From: an uncultured virus (IMG/VR IMGVR_UViG_3300008120_009089)
Lineage: Duplodnaviria > Heunggongvirae > Uroviricota > Caudoviricetes
Virus record (IMG/VR): IMGVR_UViG_3300008120_009089
Length of the DNA: 64,000 nt
Strand: one strand, 5' to 3'
Below the pieces are notes generated by a model. The model saw only the letters and a list, made by a program, of their open reading frames with translations. It searched no databases and had not been told where the DNA came from. Positions 18,812 to 28,789 of the stretch are shown in pieces (the stretch's first letter is position 1; every line of letters starts with the position of its first letter). The position numbers and the translations under genes were made by a program.

Positions 18812-20728
18812 ATGAAGATAAGAAAACTCGGAGATAAAAAATGGAAAGTATTGATTTTTCAAGGATCACCTAGAGATCCTGATACTTGTCCTAATATGGA
18901 ATCAAAAACTCACAAAGTAATTGAGTATGTTATAGAAAAATGGTCTCCATTTTTAGAAATAAAAGTTATTGATTTATCTGTAAATAAATCTAAAAAACCA
19001 AATATACAACCTTGTAAGGGTTGTGTTTCAACTGCTGGCGGATTTCATTGTATCGCAGAAGGTGAGAGAGTTGAGACTAAATATGGATATAAAAAAATTG
19101 AAGATATCTTAATAGGAGATGAATTATCAACCGGAACCGTTTATAATTTTATGAAAACCGGTGATAATTCTATTATATATGAGGTTACAACAAGCGACGG
19201 AAGAAAAATAAAATTAACTGATAATCATCCTATAAAAGTAATAAATCCTATTTACAAAAATAATAATAAAAAAAAACTAAAAGGATATACTGAAGAATGG
19301 ATCGATGTTAAGAATCTAAAAACCGGTGATAGAATACCATTTAAATTTACTGGTGAATTTAAAGAAGATGAATCAAATTTAGATAAATATCTTTTATGTG
19401 GCTTATTATGGGGAGATGGAGCGGTTCATCATAAAAGACTTAAATTATGTTATGATGTAAGAGATGAAATTCTAATTGAAAAACTATCTAATAATTTTAA
19501 TATCTCAATTTCTGAGAAGGGAGTTATATCAAAAAATACCGAAGTTAAATGGATAAAATTTAATGACAATGAAACCAATTTATTTATCAACAATCTTATA
19601 TTTGAAGAAAAAAACAAGAATATATATGATCGAAGAATTCCAGAATCCATAATGAATTCATCAAAAAGTCAAGTTTCTAATTTTTTAAATGGTTGGTTTG
19701 CTAGTGATGGATCAATTATTAAAAGAAATAATAGAGGAAACGATTATTATGAAATAAATCTAACAAGTGTTAGTAAAGATTCTTTAAGAGATTGTCAATT
19801 GCTACTTTCTAAATTTGGTATAAAATCATCTATAACCTATTTGGATCATATAGAAACTTTTAGGTTTAATAAATTTATAAAAAGAGCATCTATGTTAGTT
19901 ATAAGTGGCCTTAATGCTAATATTTTTATGGAAAAAATAGGAATATTTAATAAGGATTATAAATTTAAAAAAATTTCTTATAGAAAATCTAAAAATTATG
20001 ACTATTATGGTAAAGTCGAAAAAATAGAAGAAATTGGTAGATCAAATGTTTATGATATATCTGTTTCAAAATCACATAAATTTATATGTGAAGGTATAGA
20101 AGTTCACAATTGTCACTTTCCTTGTAGTTGTTATTTCAAAGGGATGAAAGAACCTGATTTACTTTCAGAGTTAAATGTTTATGAATTACTACAAGAGGCT
20201 GATGCTTTTTTAGTATTTTCTCCAATACACTGGCACTCCTTATCATCACAAGTTAAAACTCTTTTTGATAGATTGGTCAGTGTTAATCAAACTCTTACAA
20301 TTGATGATGCCAAGAAACTAATGGGTTCTGATAATATTAAAAGATCAGAAGTTACTGGTAAGTTCGCTAAGTCTGGTAAATATGACAATCTTCTAAGAAA
20401 TCATTTAGAAGGTAAAGTTGGTGGATTTTACGCACATGGTGATGACGGTGCTGATGATTATGAGGGTAAAGAATTACCAGAATCATATTCCGATGTATTT
20501 GATGATGGTTTTTCAAATAATGCCAAAAATGTCGTAATGCCATTCGTAATGCAACTTAAATATTCTGGAGTTTGGGTTCCTGATAATTTAATAGAAACGT
20601 TTTATACAAATAAAAATATTAATTATTATGTAGCTAATAAGTTAAAGAATAAAGAACTTTATGATAGAGCCGATAATTTAATCAATAATCTTTTAGATTA
20701 TTTAGATGAAAAAAATAAAGAAATATAA
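18812..20728 (+). CDS. flavodoxin-fold NAD(P)H-dependent FMN reductase / iron-sulfur flavoprotein, intein-containing
   Basis: IFQGSPR, PCKGCVST...CHFPCSCY, ADAFLVFSPIHW..LSSQVKTLFDRL. Confidence 0.8.
   Translation: MKIRKLGDKKWKVLIFQGSPRDPDTCPNMESKTHKVIEYVIEKWSPFLEIKVIDLSVNKSKKPNIQPCKGCVSTAGGFHCIAEGERVETKYGYKKIEDILIGDELSTGTVYNFMKTGDNSIIYEVTTSDGRKIKLTDNHPIKVINPIYKNNNKKKLKGYTEEWIDVKNLKTGDRIPFKFTGEFKEDESNLDKYLLCGLLWGDGAVHHKRLKLCYDVRDEILIEKLSNNFNISISEKGVISKNTEVKWIKFNDNETNLFINNLIFEEKNKNIYDRRIPESIMNSSKSQVSNFLNGWFASDGSIIKRNNRGNDYYEINLTSVSKDSLRDCQLLLSKFGIKSSITYLDHIETFRFNKFIKRASMLVISGLNANIFMEKIGIFNKDYKFKKISYRKSKNYDYYGKVEKIEEIGRSNVYDISVSKSHKFICEGIEVHNCHFPCSCYFKGMKEPDLLSELNVYELLQEADAFLVFSPIHWHSLSSQVKTLFDRLVSVNQTLTIDDAKKLMGSDNIKRSEVTGKFAKSGKYDNLLRNHLEGKVGGFYAHGDDGADDYEGKELPESYSDVFDDGFSNNAKNVVMPFVMQLKYSGVWVPDNLIETFYTNKNINYYVANKLKNKELYDRADNLINNLLDYLDEKNKEI
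19049..20110 (+). mobile_element. intein (354 aa) with LAGLIDADG homing endonuclease
   Basis: Starts CIAEG, block B LTDNHP, LLCGLLWGDG and FLNGWFASDG, ends VYDISV...VHN followed by Cys+1. Confidence 0.92.
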
Positions 20729-21216
20729 TGAAAAAGTTTTTTGAGTTTTTTGATGATGAAGATTTAAAATCAAGATTTGAAATACCTTATTTAAAGGGAG
20801 AAATGGATAAAGAGATTTCTAAAAATTTTACAAAAATACCTTTAAGTTCTGGTGATGAGAATACAGATAAATTAGTTGAGAATGTTTTAATTCAATATCC
20901 AATACTAACTAAGTTTCAGTCACAGTTAGTCGATCATGATGGAGATAGATTTGTAGCTTTTTATGCAACTTCATATAAACCAGTACAAGGTATGACTTTT
21001 TATGCTCAAGCTGGATTAGCTTTTATAGAAGATACTTATGTTATTACTTTAATATTGAAAGATGTTGAAGATGACGATCAAGATAATTGGGAGATTAGAG
21101 ATTATGAAGTAACAGAAATGGAAGATGTTTATTCTATAATGGACTCTTTTATGATGGCTTGTGAAAAACTTAATATAGTTAAACCAGAAGATAAATTCTC
21201 TATAATGAGAAACTAA
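20728..21216 (+). CDS. hypothetical protein (MKKFFEF N-terminus)
   Basis: ORF 162 aa. Confidence 0.6.
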   Translation: MKKFFEFFDDEDLKSRFEIPYLKGEMDKEISKNFTKIPLSSGDENTDKLVENVLIQYPILTKFQSQLVDHDGDRFVAFYATSYKPVQGMTFYAQAGLAFIEDTYVITLILKDVEDDDQDNWEIRDYEVTEMEDVYSIMDSFMMACEKLNIVKPEDKFSIMRN

Positions 21217-21452
21217 GACTTCTTAATTAAATGCCAAGTATTTACTAATATAACACCACTATTCAAAAGAATTAGTGGTGTTCTTCCATGATAAAAGGCG
21301 TAAAATAAAAAGATGACACATCCTATATTATTTAATATTCTAAGCCACTTTACATTTTTTACAACAAAAGATATAAAAATTATAACTGACCCAACATATG
21401 CTAAAAATTCAATGTAACTATACATATTGTATATATAAATAAAAAAAACCAC
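21213..21452 (-). CDS. small membrane protein (YgjV-like)
   Basis: Three hydrophobic segments, LRILN.IG motif; true start may be a few codons in. Confidence 0.6.
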   Translation of the reverse strand: MVFFIYIYNMYSYIEFLAYVGSVIIFISFVVKNVKWLRILNNIGCVIFLFYAFYHGRTPLILLNSGVILVNTWHLIKKS

Positions 21453-21470
21453 TGAAATTCAGTGGTTTTT
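21444..21470. terminator. intrinsic terminator
   Basis: aaaaaccactgaa-a-ttcagtggttttt. Confidence 0.75.
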
Positions 21471-21740
21471 TATATTAATCTTCTTCCTCTTGATAGTCTT
21501 TTTAAATTTTCAGGATCTCCCGAAATTTCCAATCTGTTGTCGCAATTATTTTCCATAATATTCAATTTTAAAAGTTACATGACATATATAAACTAAAATA
21601 TAAAAGTTTAAAATAAACTTAATTTATTTTTTAAACTATAATAATTAGTTTTTGAATAGTGATTAAAAAGAGGCTTAAAGATTTATTTTTAAGACCTCTT
21701 TTTTTTGTAAATGAAAAAACATTATTTTTATAAATAAGTA

Positions 21741-22184
21741 ATGAATATTTATAATGAACTATCACTACTACTTCCTATAACAATAAAAATACTAGTAGCA
21801 ACAATATGTGGATCACTAGTTGGTTGGGAAAGAGAAAAGAAAAATAAATTTGCTGGTCTTAGAACAAACCTTCTAATTTGTGTTGGATCAGCAATTTTTA
21901 CTATTGGTTCCTTTTATGCAGGAACTTTGTACAATGTTGACCCAACTCGTATCCTATCAACAATAGTTACTGGTATGGGATTTTTAGGTGGTGGTGTTAT
22001 TATGAGAGATAATGATAAAATGATTGGTATAACAACCGCGGCTTTTATCTGGGTAATATCTGGAATTGGAATATTAGCTGGAATGGGTTTAGTTCTTATA
22101 CCTATAATTTTAACAATAGGACTTTTAATAGTCACTAGATATTTTGAAAAAGTAGAAAGATATATAAGAAATGATAGAAATTGA
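21741..22184 (+). CDS. MgtC/SapB family membrane protein
   Basis: GWERE..NK.AGLRT, DPTRI...IVTGMGFLGGG, GITTAA.IW. Confidence 0.92.
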   Translation: MNIYNELSLLLPITIKILVATICGSLVGWEREKKNKFAGLRTNLLICVGSAIFTIGSFYAGTLYNVDPTRILSTIVTGMGFLGGGVIMRDNDKMIGITTAAFIWVISGIGILAGMGLVLIPIILTIGLLIVTRYFEKVERYIRNDRN

Positions 22185-22659
22185 AAGAAAATTCCTTTTA
22201 AAGGCAATGCCTGATATTCTTCCAAGTGAGATTATAAAAATAGACCAATTTTATTTTAAAAATAAAGAAGGTATTTGGGAAAGAGTTAGACAATACGATT
22301 CTAATGTAAATGGTAAGAAATGGATTCATACCATAAAATATAGAATTAATGATATGTCAAACGAAGAAGTAGAAAAAGAAATATCTAAAAAAGAGTTTGA
22401 TAAGTTTAAAACTAAGTGTTATACAAATAAATTAAACGCTCGTCATATAAGAAAAGAAAGATGGGTTTATCCAGATGGTGACTTAAAATGGGAAGTTGAT
22501 TTATTTAAAGATAATTATCACTTAATTATTGCTGAGATTGAAATACCATCAGAAGATTATGAATTAAATATTCCCGAATTTATAAATAAAAAGAGTTTAT
22601 TGGAAGTCACCGGATTAAAACAATTTAGTAATCGTAGTCTTTCTATTAAACTAAAATAA
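22171..22659 (+). CDS. CYTH-domain protein (triphosphate tunnel metalloenzyme)
   Basis: EIERKFL, WEVD.F, IAEIE. Confidence 0.88.
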   Translation: MIEIERKFLLKAMPDILPSEIIKIDQFYFKNKEGIWERVRQYDSNVNGKKWIHTIKYRINDMSNEEVEKEISKKEFDKFKTKCYTNKLNARHIRKERWVYPDGDLKWEVDLFKDNYHLIIAEIEIPSEDYELNIPEFINKKSLLEVTGLKQFSNRSLSIKLK

Positions 22660-22678
22660 TTTTTCTAATATAAACTCT

Positions 22679-23272
22679 ATGGAAAAATTAGAATTAAGGA
22701 TGTATGGATTCGTGCCATATAACATTAGTGAAATACAAAAAGGAATACAATTTGGACACACCGTAGTTGAATATGGATTAGTAAATCATTTAGATAATGA
22801 TTACTTAAATTGGGCTAAGTATAATAAAACATTTATTATTCTTAATGGTGGTACCTCAAACCACTCTGTTGATAGATATAGAGAAGAAGCTTTCAATAAA
22901 GGTTGGAGAGAAGATGAAACTTATGTTGGATCAATGGAAACAATTAAAACCACTTTAGAAGAAAATGATGTTAAGATTGCTACTTTCTACGAACCAGATT
23001 TAAATGATATGTTATCTGGTATTTGTTTTATTGTGGATGAAAGAGTTTTTAATAAGAAATACTTAGGTCTTGGAGATTGGATTGTTGAAAACTATGGTGA
23101 TATGATTATGGATAATCATGGTTTTGGATTCAATGTTTCAAGATTAGAAAAACAAATAAAGTATTCCGAGATACCAAAAGAACAAAAAATCTATCAAAAA
23201 TGGGTTGAGTACATTGGTGGTGAAAAGAATGTATTTCTTAGAGACTACTTATCAAAATTTAGATTAGCATGA
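22679..23272 (+). CDS. PTH2-like (peptidyl-tRNA hydrolase type 2 fold) phage protein
   Basis: MY.FV...IS.IQKGIQFGH, KT.IIL.GG, FYEPDLN. Confidence 0.55.
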   Translation: MEKLELRMYGFVPYNISEIQKGIQFGHTVVEYGLVNHLDNDYLNWAKYNKTFIILNGGTSNHSVDRYREEAFNKGWREDETYVGSMETIKTTLEENDVKIATFYEPDLNDMLSGICFIVDERVFNKKYLGLGDWIVENYGDMIMDNHGFGFNVSRLEKQIKYSEIPKEQKIYQKWVEYIGGEKNVFLRDYLSKFRLA

Positions 23273-23616
23273 CAACTTGGTTAAAAATAGAAGATAATAT
23301 TTTCGAGATTATTAAATCTGAACATCAATTCACTATTGATAATAGTTGGACTTCTAGTTTTTTTTCAATAGATACTAAATCTAATCCAACTTATTTTGAT
23401 ATAATACTTAATTACTATTCGAGTAAAAAAGTTTTTGATTGGGAAGATAATAAATCAAAGGGGTTTTCAGCTAGTATAAAAACGATGGATATTTTTGATA
23501 ATATTTTATCTTTTACAATAAAGAGTAAAGAGTGGGGTATCAAGGATAAAGCTTATGAAAGAAACGAAAGATTAGAACAAATACTACCAGAAGAAAAAAC
23601 TTCTGATGAAAAATAA
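23269..23616 (+). CDS. hypothetical protein, C-terminal ERNERLEQIL
   Basis: ORF plus shared motif. Confidence 0.6.
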   Translation: MTTWLKIEDNIFEIIKSEHQFTIDNSWTSSFFSIDTKSNPTYFDIILNYYSSKKVFDWEDNKSKGFSASIKTMDIFDNILSFTIKSKEWGIKDKAYERNERLEQILPEEKTSDEK

Positions 23617-23656
23617 AATATAATAAATTACTTTGTAACCAAAATTTTTTAATAAT

Positions 23657-25846
23657 ATGGGAAAAACTAATAAAGACAATCAGTATTACAAAAACTTACC
23701 TGATGTGAGAATGGCTATTGAAGATGATGATGATGATGATAAGACATTCTCTTCATCTTCTAAGAAATCTGATACTAAATCTAAAACTCCAGTTTTAGAT
23801 ACATATAGTCGTGATTTGACTAAAATGGCTGAAGAGGGTAGATTAGACCCTATCGTAGGTCGTGAAAAAGAAATTGAAAGAGTTTCACAAATTCTTTCTC
23901 GTAGAAAGAAAAACAATCCAATTTTAATTGGTGAACCAGGTGTTGGTAAATCTTCAATTGCTGAAGGATTAGCACTTAGAATTGTTCAAAGAAAAGTATC
24001 TAGACTTCTTTTTAATAAAAGAGTTGTTATGCTTGACTTAGCATCTATGGTCGCTGGTACTAAATACCGTGGACAATTTGAGGAAAGAATTAAGGCTTTA
24101 ATGGCTGAAATGGAAAAAAATCCTGATGTCATCCTTTTCATTGATGAAATTCATACTATGATTGGTGCTGGTGGAGCTTCTGGATCAATGGATGCTTCCA
24201 ATATGTTTAAACCAGCTTTAGCAAGAGGTGAAATTCAAATCATTGGTGCTACTACTTTAGACGAGTATAGAAAACACATTGAAAAAGATGGAGCGTTAGA
24301 AAGACGTTTTCAAAAAGTTCAAGTTGAACCTGCTACTCCAGAAGAGACAATGATTATCATTGGTAATATTAAAGATAAATATGAGTCACATCACAATGTT
24401 ACTTACACACCGGAAGCAATTAAGGCTTGTGTTGATTTAACTTCTCGTTATATGACTGATAGATTTTTACCAGATAAGGCTATTGATGCTATGGATGAAG
24501 CTGGATCAAGAGTTCATATTTCAAATATTGTTGTTCCAAAAGAAATTACAGATATTGAAAACAAAATATTGGAGATTAAGGATCAAAAACATGATGTTAT
24601 CAGATCTCAAAAATACGAAGAGGCTGCTAAATTAAGAGATACTGAGAGAAAGTTGAACGATGCTTTGGAAAAGGCTAGAAAAAACTGGGAAGAAGAATCA
24701 TCTAAAAATCGTCAAATTGTAACTGAGGATAATGTAGCAGAGGTTGTATCAATGATTACAGGTATTCCTTTACAAAAAGTAAGTGAAAAGGAAAACAATA
24801 GACTTGCTAAAATGGGTCAAGAAATTGCTGGTAAAGTAGTTGGTCAAGATGAAGCTGTTAAGAAAGTAGTTAGAGCTATTCAAAGAGGTAGAGTTGGTAT
24901 GAAAGATGCTAACAGACCTGTATTCAGTGGTATGTTGATTGGTAACTCTGGTGTTGGTAAAACTGAGTTGGCTAAACAAATCGCTAAATATCTATTTGAC
25001 TCTGAGGACTCTTTAATTAGATTGGATATGTCTGAATATATGGATAAAATTTCAATTTCTAAAATTCAAGGTTCAGCTCCAGGATATGTTGGTTATGAAG
25101 ATAGTAACGTTCTTGATAGAATTAGAAGAAAACCTTATTCTGTTATTCTTTTTGATGAGATTGAAAAAGCAAATCCTGAGGTATTTAACTTATTCTTACA
25201 AATGTTAGATGATGGTCACATGACTGATTCACACGGTAGAAAAGTAAGTTTTAAAAATTGTATTATTTTAATGACTTCTAACGTAGGTACAAGACAAGTT
25301 AAAGATTTTGGTACTGGAGTTGGTTTCTCTACTAAAACAAGAGAAAGTCAAAATGAAGAACACATTAAGGCGATTTTAGATAAAGAGTTGAAAAATAAAT
25401 TTGCTCCTGAGTTTATCAATAGATTAGATGACATTATCTACTTTAGAGATTTAGGTAAAAATGAAATCTTGAAAATTGTTGATTTAGAATTAAATAAAAC
25501 AATTAAGAGAGCATCTGACATTGGTTTCCCAATTGAAATCACAGATGAATTAAAAGATCATCTTGTTGAAGTTGGTTATGATCCTAAATTTGGTGCTAGA
25601 CCTTTAAAGAGAGCTATTCAAAGATGGGTTGATGATATAATTACTGATTATATTATTGAAAATAATCCAGAAGAAGGAACAAAATTCTTATGTGATTATA
25701 ATAAAGAGGATGAACAATCTTTTATTAAACCTATCCACACACCAAGTGAAATTAAAGAGTTACAAGAACATTTACTACCAGAAGTAAAGAATGATGATGT
25801 TAAGGTTGAGAAACCAAAACGAACAAGAAAAAAGAAAGATGAATAA
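23657..25846 (+). CDS. clpC: ClpC-type AAA+ unfoldase lacking the N-terminal Clp repeat domain
   Basis: Two Walker A motifs (GEPGVGKS, GNSGVGKT), LFIDEIH, UVR M-domain KYEEAAKLRD, VGF ClpP-docking loop, GARPL. Confidence 0.9.
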   Translation: MGKTNKDNQYYKNLPDVRMAIEDDDDDDKTFSSSSKKSDTKSKTPVLDTYSRDLTKMAEEGRLDPIVGREKEIERVSQILSRRKKNNPILIGEPGVGKSSIAEGLALRIVQRKVSRLLFNKRVVMLDLASMVAGTKYRGQFEERIKALMAEMEKNPDVILFIDEIHTMIGAGGASGSMDASNMFKPALARGEIQIIGATTLDEYRKHIEKDGALERRFQKVQVEPATPEETMIIIGNIKDKYESHHNVTYTPEAIKACVDLTSRYMTDRFLPDKAIDAMDEAGSRVHISNIVVPKEITDIENKILEIKDQKHDVIRSQKYEEAAKLRDTERKLNDALEKARKNWEEESSKNRQIVTEDNVAEVVSMITGIPLQKVSEKENNRLAKMGQEIAGKVVGQDEAVKKVVRAIQRGRVGMKDANRPVFSGMLIGNSGVGKTELAKQIAKYLFDSEDSLIRLDMSEYMDKISISKIQGSAPGYVGYEDSNVLDRIRRKPYSVILFDEIEKANPEVFNLFLQMLDDGHMTDSHGRKVSFKNCIILMTSNVGTRQVKDFGTGVGFSTKTRESQNEEHIKAILDKELKNKFAPEFINRLDDIIYFRDLGKNEILKIVDLELNKTIKRASDIGFPIEITDELKDHLVEVGYDPKFGARPLKRAIQRWVDDIITDYIIENNPEEGTKFLCDYNKEDEQSFIKPIHTPSEIKELQEHLLPEVKNDDVKVEKPKRTRKKKDE

Positions 25847-25850
25847 TCTT

Positions 25851-25883
25851 TAAAAAGAGAGAGAGATTAAACTCTCTCTTTTT
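25851..25883. terminator. intrinsic terminator
   Basis: aaaagagagagag...ctctctctttttt. Confidence 0.7.
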
Positions 25884-25913
25884 TATTTTATATAAATAAA
25901 AAATAATTAAATA

Positions 25914-26639
25914 ATGAATAGATTTGTTTTTATAATCCCATATAGAAACGTCATTAACTATATTCAAGATTGTGCTAAGTCAATTATTGGTCAGAAATAC
26001 CAAAATTGGATAGCTATTTTTTGTGATGATGCTTCAAATGATGGTACTTCTTTCAATTTACCAAAAGATGAAAGATTTACTTTAAGAAAAAATAAAGAAA
26101 GAATTACTGCCTTACCTAACATACACTATGGTATAGTTGAATCTAATTTAGATGATGAGGATATCATTTGTATTTTAGATGGTGATGATTTTTTAGTGAC
26201 ACCAGATGCTTTAGATATTTTAAATTCTTTATATCAAGACAATACTTTACTTACCTATGGTCAGTATGTTTGGCCAAATGGTCAAATTGGTCATTGTAAA
26301 CCATATACAAGAGAAGAGTTTAAACAACTTAGAAATGGCGGATATTGGGCTTCTCACATGAGAACTTATAAATATAAGTTATATAAGGAGTTAATGAATC
26401 AAGATCCTGAATTAAATTGTTTCAAAGATAAAAATGGCGATTTTTATACTATGAGTTGTGATGTTGCTACAATGACACCACTTATGGAAATTGCTGGGTT
26501 TGATAGAATAAAATTCAATCCTAATCCTATCTATTATTACAGAATACACCAACAAAATGATCATTTTGTTGACTCTAAATTACAGAAAGACGTTGCTGAT
26601 GAACTTTTTGCTAAAAATAGTTTTCAAGAAATGAAATAA
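25914..26639 (+). CDS. glycosyltransferase family 2
   Basis: IIPYRN, CDDASNDGT, LDGDD. Confidence 0.85.
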   Translation: MNRFVFIIPYRNVINYIQDCAKSIIGQKYQNWIAIFCDDASNDGTSFNLPKDERFTLRKNKERITALPNIHYGIVESNLDDEDIICILDGDDFLVTPDALDILNSLYQDNTLLTYGQYVWPNGQIGHCKPYTREEFKQLRNGGYWASHMRTYKYKLYKELMNQDPELNCFKDKNGDFYTMSCDVATMTPLMEIAGFDRIKFNPNPIYYYRIHQQNDHFVDSKLQKDVADELFAKNSFQEMK

Positions 26640-26680
26640 AAACTTTGTTATAAAAACAAATATAAAAAATAAAAAATAAT

Positions 26681-27304
26681 ATGCTTTTAGATTTTAACGG
26701 TATTTTAAGAAAATACAACATGGAGATTAATGGTGTTCTACATATTGGAGCTCACTATGGTGAAGAACATTCATTATATAAAATGAATAATATAAATAAG
26801 ATTGTTTATTTTGAACCTTTGAAAAATAACTTCCAAGTATTGGAATCAAAAGTTGGTTCAGATGCAACTTTATATAACATTGCTTTAGGAGCAGAAGAAA
26901 AAGAAATTGAAATGTTTGTTGAAACAGCAAATAATGGTCAATCTTCTTCTATATTAGAACCAGCTTTACACTTAGTACAATATCCTGGTATTGTTTTTCA
27001 CGATAGGGAAATGGTACAGATGAAAAGATTAGATGATGTTATTGATAACTCAAATAAAGAATACAACTTTATTAATATTGATGTTCAAGGATATGAGTTA
27101 GAAGTTTTTAAAGGAGCTACCGAAACATTAAAAAATGTAGATTACATCATTGCTGAAATTAACAGAGATGAGGTTTATAAAAACTGTGCTAAAATAGATG
27201 AGTTGTGTCAATTCTTGGGTCAATTTGGTTTTGTATTTGTAGAACAAAACTGGGTAGGTGGTACTTGGGGAGATGGTCTTTTTGTTAAAAAAAATAAATT
27301 ATAA
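26681..27304 (+). CDS. FkbM-family methyltransferase
   Basis: LHIGAHYG, FEP, INIDVQGYELEVFKG. Confidence 0.9.
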   Translation: MLLDFNGILRKYNMEINGVLHIGAHYGEEHSLYKMNNINKIVYFEPLKNNFQVLESKVGSDATLYNIALGAEEKEIEMFVETANNGQSSSILEPALHLVQYPGIVFHDREMVQMKRLDDVIDNSNKEYNFINIDVQGYELEVFKGATETLKNVDYIIAEINRDEVYKNCAKIDELCQFLGQFGFVFVEQNWVGGTWGDGLFVKKNKL

Positions 27305-28047
27305 TGAGAAAAATTTCAATTGCTATACCTTATTACAATAATAGCAAATTTATGAAAGAAACTCTATCTTATCCAATTACGGATGATAGAGTTTCTGAAA
27401 TAATAATTTGTGATGATAACTCATCTGATTTAGATGAGTTAAAAGTTATTATATCTGAATTAAACTCAGATAAAGTTAAACTTATTGAAAATAGTGAGAA
27501 CTTAGGTGTTTATCTTAACAAGATAAGAGCTATAAAAAATTGTAGTAATGATTGGGTTATTTTATTTGATTCTGATAATGTTATTGGTGAAAATTATATC
27601 AATCACCTATATGAAATAGATGATTGGAATAGTGATACGATATACGCACCAGCTTTCATCGAGAAAATAAACGAGAATGGTCATCACGATAGTTATTTTG
27701 ATTATAGAATTTATTCAGGATTAATAACTAAAGAGAACTTCAGAAATTTAGATCACTTTAATAGTTTATTTCAAACTATGATGAATACTTGTAACTATTT
27801 TGTCAACAAAGAAAATTATATAAAATGTTCCGAAAAAAACAGTCCAAACTATGACACTAGGTTAATATCTTCTTTAGATTCAATTACATTGTTATCTGAT
27901 TGGCTAACATCCGATAATAAACTGTTTTTAATAAAAGATATGGGATATAAACATAGAATACATAGTAACTCTTCCTATTTAAAACATATGAATAAGATTA
28001 ATGAAGGTGAGTGGACTAGACAGTTATATCAAAAAATTATGAGCTAA
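27304..28047 (+). CDS. glycosyltransferase family 2
   Basis: IAIPYYN, ICDDNS, NLG, LFDSDN. Confidence 0.85.
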   Translation: MRKISIAIPYYNNSKFMKETLSYPITDDRVSEIIICDDNSSDLDELKVIISELNSDKVKLIENSENLGVYLNKIRAIKNCSNDWVILFDSDNVIGENYINHLYEIDDWNSDTIYAPAFIEKINENGHHDSYFDYRIYSGLITKENFRNLDHFNSLFQTMMNTCNYFVNKENYIKCSEKNSPNYDTRLISSLDSITLLSDWLTSDNKLFLIKDMGYKHRIHSNSSYLKHMNKINEGEWTRQLYQKIMS

Positions 28048-28048
28048 A

Positions 28049-28789
28049 ATGAATATATCTTTATGTATACCAAATTATGAAAGAATTGAAATATTAATTG
28101 ATTCTTTTATCAAAGTTTTAAATGATGATAGAATATCAGAAATTGTTATAATGGATGATAACTCATCAAATTATGCTAATATAAAATTAGCATTAGATGG
28201 ATTATCTAATAACAAAATCAAACTATATAAACAAGATATAAATTTAGGAACATTTTTTAATAAACTTGAGTGTGTTAAAAAAGCGGAGAATGAATATATA
28301 ATTTTATTAGACTCTGATAATATTATTGATGTAACATACATTGATAAAATATATCAAACTGATTGGTCTAAGAATAAACTAATATCACCAGAAAGATTAA
28401 TTCATCATGAACATAACATGTGGAATGAAAAAGGTATTTTTATAAAATATACTAAATTTAATGGGGTTAGGATTGATAAGGCATTTTGTAAAAAACACTT
28501 TTTAGATGGTGGTGACTTATTAGATGTCTTATTAAATACTGGTAATTTTTTTGTTAATAAAGAATCATATATAAAATCATTTGATATAAACACATTTAAT
28601 AGAGATGTTGATATTTGTGATGTTGGATTTTTTAATTATTTATTTTTAAGTTCAAATGAAACCAATTATATAGAAGTTTGTCCTGATTTAGAATATACAC
28701 ATAGAGTACACCAAGGTAGTTACTATATGAATAATTCTTCTAAAAGTGGTAATCAAATTAATATACTAAAAAATATTTTTACACAATGA
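28049..28789 (+). CDS. glycosyltransferase family 2 (paralog of the previous gene)
   Basis: LCIPNY, MDDNS, LLDSDN, Y.HR.H..S. Confidence 0.85.
   Translation: MNISLCIPNYERIEILIDSFIKVLNDDRISEIVIMDDNSSNYANIKLALDGLSNNKIKLYKQDINLGTFFNKLECVKKAENEYIILLDSDNIIDVTYIDKIYQTDWSKNKLISPERLIHHEHNMWNEKGIFIKYTKFNGVRIDKAFCKKHFLDGGDLLDVLLNTGNFFVNKESYIKSFDINTFNRDVDICDVGFFNYLFLSSNETNYIEVCPDLEYTHRVHQGSYYMNNSSKSGNQINILKNIFTQ

Noticed and set aside
23269..23616. Tail-tube-like fold in this RNERL-tail protein, and a capsid-like IIPAIRK segment in 55475..56011
   Set aside because: The resemblance is too weak to claim by eye; it needs a profile or structure search.
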